This document shows positions 61,891 through 64,000 of a stretch of 64,000 nt of DNA, piece after piece. The stretch spans positions 279,707 to 343,706 of the forward strand of contig CAWKPB010000001.1 of assembly GCA_963851405.1 (NCBI GenBank), read 5' to 3'. The notes under the pieces were generated by a model that ran no database searches, had not been told where the DNA came from, and saw only the letters and a list, made by a program, of their open reading frames with translations. The stretch is from an uncultured Actinomycetota bacterium. Lineage in GTDB: Bacteria > Actinomycetota > Actinomycetes > DATJPE01. How positions within the stretch are numbered: the stretch's first letter is position 1; each line of letters begins with the position of its first letter. The translations under genes were made by a program, and so were the position numbers.

Positions 61891-63462
61891 TCAGCCGAGG
61901 AGTCCCTTGAATTCCGCGGGCAGTTCGAAATCCTCGATGCTGCCGCCGTCGGGCCTCGGACCGGCTTCGACTCCGACGTCGTCCAGTGGCCCCTCGGCCT
62001 GACGAGCCGCGGCGACCCGCTCTTGTTCTGCGCGCCGGGCCGGGTTCCCACTCGCCCGGCCCTTCTTGGTCTTTCCGGACTTAGCGGCCTTCTTCCGGTT
62101 GCCACCCAGCCCGGAACCACCAGGCATCCCGGGCATCCCGGGCATCCCGGGCATCCCGCCCCGCTTGGACATCTGAGCCATCATCTTGCGAGCCTCGAGG
62201 AACCGCTCGACCAACCGGTTGACGTCGCTGACCTCACTCCCGGATCCCTTGGCGATACGCGCCCGCCGGGACCCATTCAGGAGCTTGACGTCCTGCCGTT
62301 CGGCTGGCGTCATCGATTGGATGATCGCGGCAACCCGATCGATCTCTCGCTCATCGAGATTGTCGATCTGTTCACGCAGGTCGCCCATCCCGGGAAGCAT
62401 GCCGAGCAACTTCGACATCGAACCCATCTTGCGTACGGCCTGCATCTGCTGAAGGAAATCATCCAGCGTCATCTCACCGGGGGCGGACACCTTGGCCGCC
62501 ATCGCGGCGGCTTCGTCGGCGTCGAAGGCCTTCTCGGCCTGCTCGATGAGAGTGAGCATGTCGCCCATGCCCAGGATCCGCGAGGCCATCCGCTCGGGAT
62601 GGAAGACATCGAAGTCCGACAGCTTCTCGCCGTTGGACGCGAACATGACCGGACGGCCTGTGACGGTGGCGATGGAAAGCGCTGCCCCTCCGCGGGCATC
62701 GCCGTCCAGTTTGGTGAGAACCACACCGTCGAACCCCACGCCATCCAGGAAGGCGGCGGCCGTGGTTACGGCGTCTTGGCCGATCATGGCGTCTACGACG
62801 AACAGCACTTCGTCGGGCGAGACGGCCGCCTTGATGTCGGCGGCCTGCTGCATGAGCTCTGTATCGAGACCGAGTCGCCCAGCCGTGTCGATGATGACCA
62901 CGTCGTGAAGCCTGAGCCCAGCCTCGGCAAGAGCCGAGGACGAGACGACCACGGGGTCACCGACGCCATTGCCAGGTTCGGGTGCAAACACCGGGACTCC
63001 GGCTTGTTCCCCGACCACCTGCAGTTGGGTGACGGCGTTGGGGCGTTGAAGGTCAGCGGCCACGAGCAATGGGGTGTGCCCCTGCTCCCGGAACCAGACG
63101 GCGAGCTTGCCGGCGAGCGTGGTCTTTCCCGCTCCTTGCAGGCCGGCGAGCATGATCACGGTCGGTGGGCTCTTGGCGTAGCGGACCCGCCGCGTCTCCC
63201 CGCCGAGCACCGCGACGAGTTCGTCGTTGACGATCTTGATGACCTGTTGCACAGGGTTGAGCGCCTGGGAGACCTCCGCGCCAGTCGCCCGCACCTTGAC
63301 CGCCGCGACGAACTCCCGCACCACGGGAAGGGCTACGTCAGCCTCGAGCAGTGCGATCCGGATCTCGCGGCAGACCTCATCGACGTCTGACTCGGTCAGC
63401 CTTCCCTTGCCCCGGATGGACTTGAAGGTCGCCGCCAAGCGGTCGCTAAGGGTCCCAAACAC
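61891..63462 (-). CDS. ffh: Signal recognition particle protein Ffh (SRP54)
   Basis: N and G domains (GLQGAGKTT) and a Met-rich M domain are present in 523 aa, with a C-terminal (MPG)4 repeat. Confidence 0.9.
   Translation of the reverse strand: MFGTLSDRLAATFKSIRGKGRLTESDVDEVCREIRIALLEADVALPVVREFVAAVKVRATGAEVSQALNPVQQVIKIVNDELVAVLGGETRRVRYAKSPPTVIMLAGLQGAGKTTLAGKLAVWFREQGHTPLLVAADLQRPNAVTQLQVVGEQAGVPVFAPEPGNGVGDPVVVSSSALAEAGLRLHDVVIIDTAGRLGLDTELMQQAADIKAAVSPDEVLFVVDAMIGQDAVTTAAAFLDGVGFDGVVLTKLDGDARGGAALSIATVTGRPVMFASNGEKLSDFDVFHPERMASRILGMGDMLTLIEQAEKAFDADEAAAMAAKVSAPGEMTLDDFLQQMQAVRKMGSMSKLLGMLPGMGDLREQIDNLDEREIDRVAAIIQSMTPAERQDVKLLNGSRRARIAKGSGSEVSDVNRLVERFLEARKMMAQMSKRGGMPGMPGMPGMPGGSGLGGNRKKAAKSGKTKKGRASGNPARRAEQERVAAARQAEGPLDDVGVEAGPRPDGGSIEDFELPAEFKGLLG
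62123..62158. repeat. Tandem 9-nt repeat (GGCATCCCG)x4 encoding MPGMPGMPGMPG in the Ffh C-terminal tail
   Basis: The repeat is read directly from the sequence. Confidence 0.85.
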
Positions 63463-63486
63463 GCAGTCAGGGTATCCGGGGCAGGG

Positions 63487-64000
63487 TCATCCTCTGGTCG
63501 GCACGGGGACCATCATGGTGAGGGTTCCCCGCACGGCGCCCAGCACGCGCTCCCGGACGAGCGGTTCCAGAGGCTTCCCACCGTGGACGAGATAGAACAC
63601 ATCAACGGCTTCGGCGCCGAGCGTCGTGATCCGAGCCGCTCGCACATCAACGCCGGTCTCAGAAAGCGTCGCACCAAGCTTGAAGAGCAGAGCCGGTCGG
63701 TCATGAGCACGCACCTCTAGCACACTCGCGGTATCCGAAACGTCCTCCAGGAAGCCGACGCAGGGCGGGGCCGAACCCAGACCCCGGCGGTCAGGCTCGG
63801 CGTCCTCGCGGCGCTGGAGCCGCAGTCCGGGATCCAACGCTCCAGCCAGGACGCGCCTGACATCGTCTCGGATCACCAGCGGGTCCGGGGGTCGACCGAA
63901 CGTGGGCACCACTGTCCACACCTGGACCGCGCGAGCACCCCTCACGACCGTGTCCGCGGACCGGACGGTCAGCCGATGAAGGCACAACACGCCGGCCACG
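63487..64000 (-). CDS. glnD: [Protein-PII] uridylyltransferase GlnD, C-terminal ACT-domain region (gene continues beyond the window end)
   Basis: The tandem ACT-like C-terminus (ALLFKLGATLSETGVDVRAARITTLG) is present. The ORF is open to the window edge, and glnD sits next to ffh in actinobacteria. Confidence 0.6.
   Translation of the reverse strand, partial: VAGVLCLHRLTVRSADTVVRGARAVQVWTVVPTFGRPPDPLVIRDDVRRVLAGALDPGLRLQRREDAEPDRRGLGSAPPCVGFLEDVSDTASVLEVRAHDRPALLFKLGATLSETGVDVRAARITTLGAEAVDVFYLVHGGKPLEPLVRERVLGAVRGTLTMMVPVPTRG

Overview
This is a high-GC (about 70%) actinobacterial chromosomal segment with almost all genes on the minus strand. It is dominated by conserved housekeeping genes in familiar order: Lhr-like helicase 3' end, TauE-family exporter, phosphoesterase lipoprotein with TetR regulator, clgR-cinA-pgsA-rimO-rodZ-like-ftsK-rnj-dapA, then thyX, then dapB-pepR-pnp-rpsO-ribF-truB-rbfA-DUF503-infB-ylxR-nusA-rimP, then proS, then rlmN-cdsA-frr-pyrH-tsf-rpsB, then whiG-like sigma-xerC-dprA-comM-yraN, then an MtrAB-like two-component system with a short GerMN lipoprotein, then DUF2469-rnhB-nudix-lepB-lepB-rplS-trmD-rimM-KH-rpsP-ffh, then glnD 3' end. 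I found no rRNA, tRNA, CRISPR array, transposase or integrase. Accessory material is limited to three places: an alcohol dehydrogenase plus MMPL block inserted between dapA and thyX; a block from about 18 to 23.3 kb with two GNATs, a compositionally atypical lysine-rich secreted protein, an EamA transporter, DUF2461, AzlCD and a PH-like membrane protein; and a GNAT plus secreted GH114-like glycosidase next to proS. infB is split across at least four reading frames and a HAD hydrolase carries a single-base frameshift at a G4 run, which points to homopolymer indel errors in the assembly rather than biology. Several in-frame tandem micro-repeats lie inside conserved genes (whiG, rbfA, ffh, lepB, rpsP tail). 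I cannot point to one clear undescribed system; the best candidates for follow-up are the low-GC secreted Lys/Tyr-rich protein island, the GNAT-GH114 pair, the compact HK-RR-GerMN module and the lipoprotein-DUF4439 pair. Base-level coordinates of small motifs are approximate to within a few nt; gene coordinates follow the supplied ORF track, with starts refined by checking codons and ribosome-binding sites.
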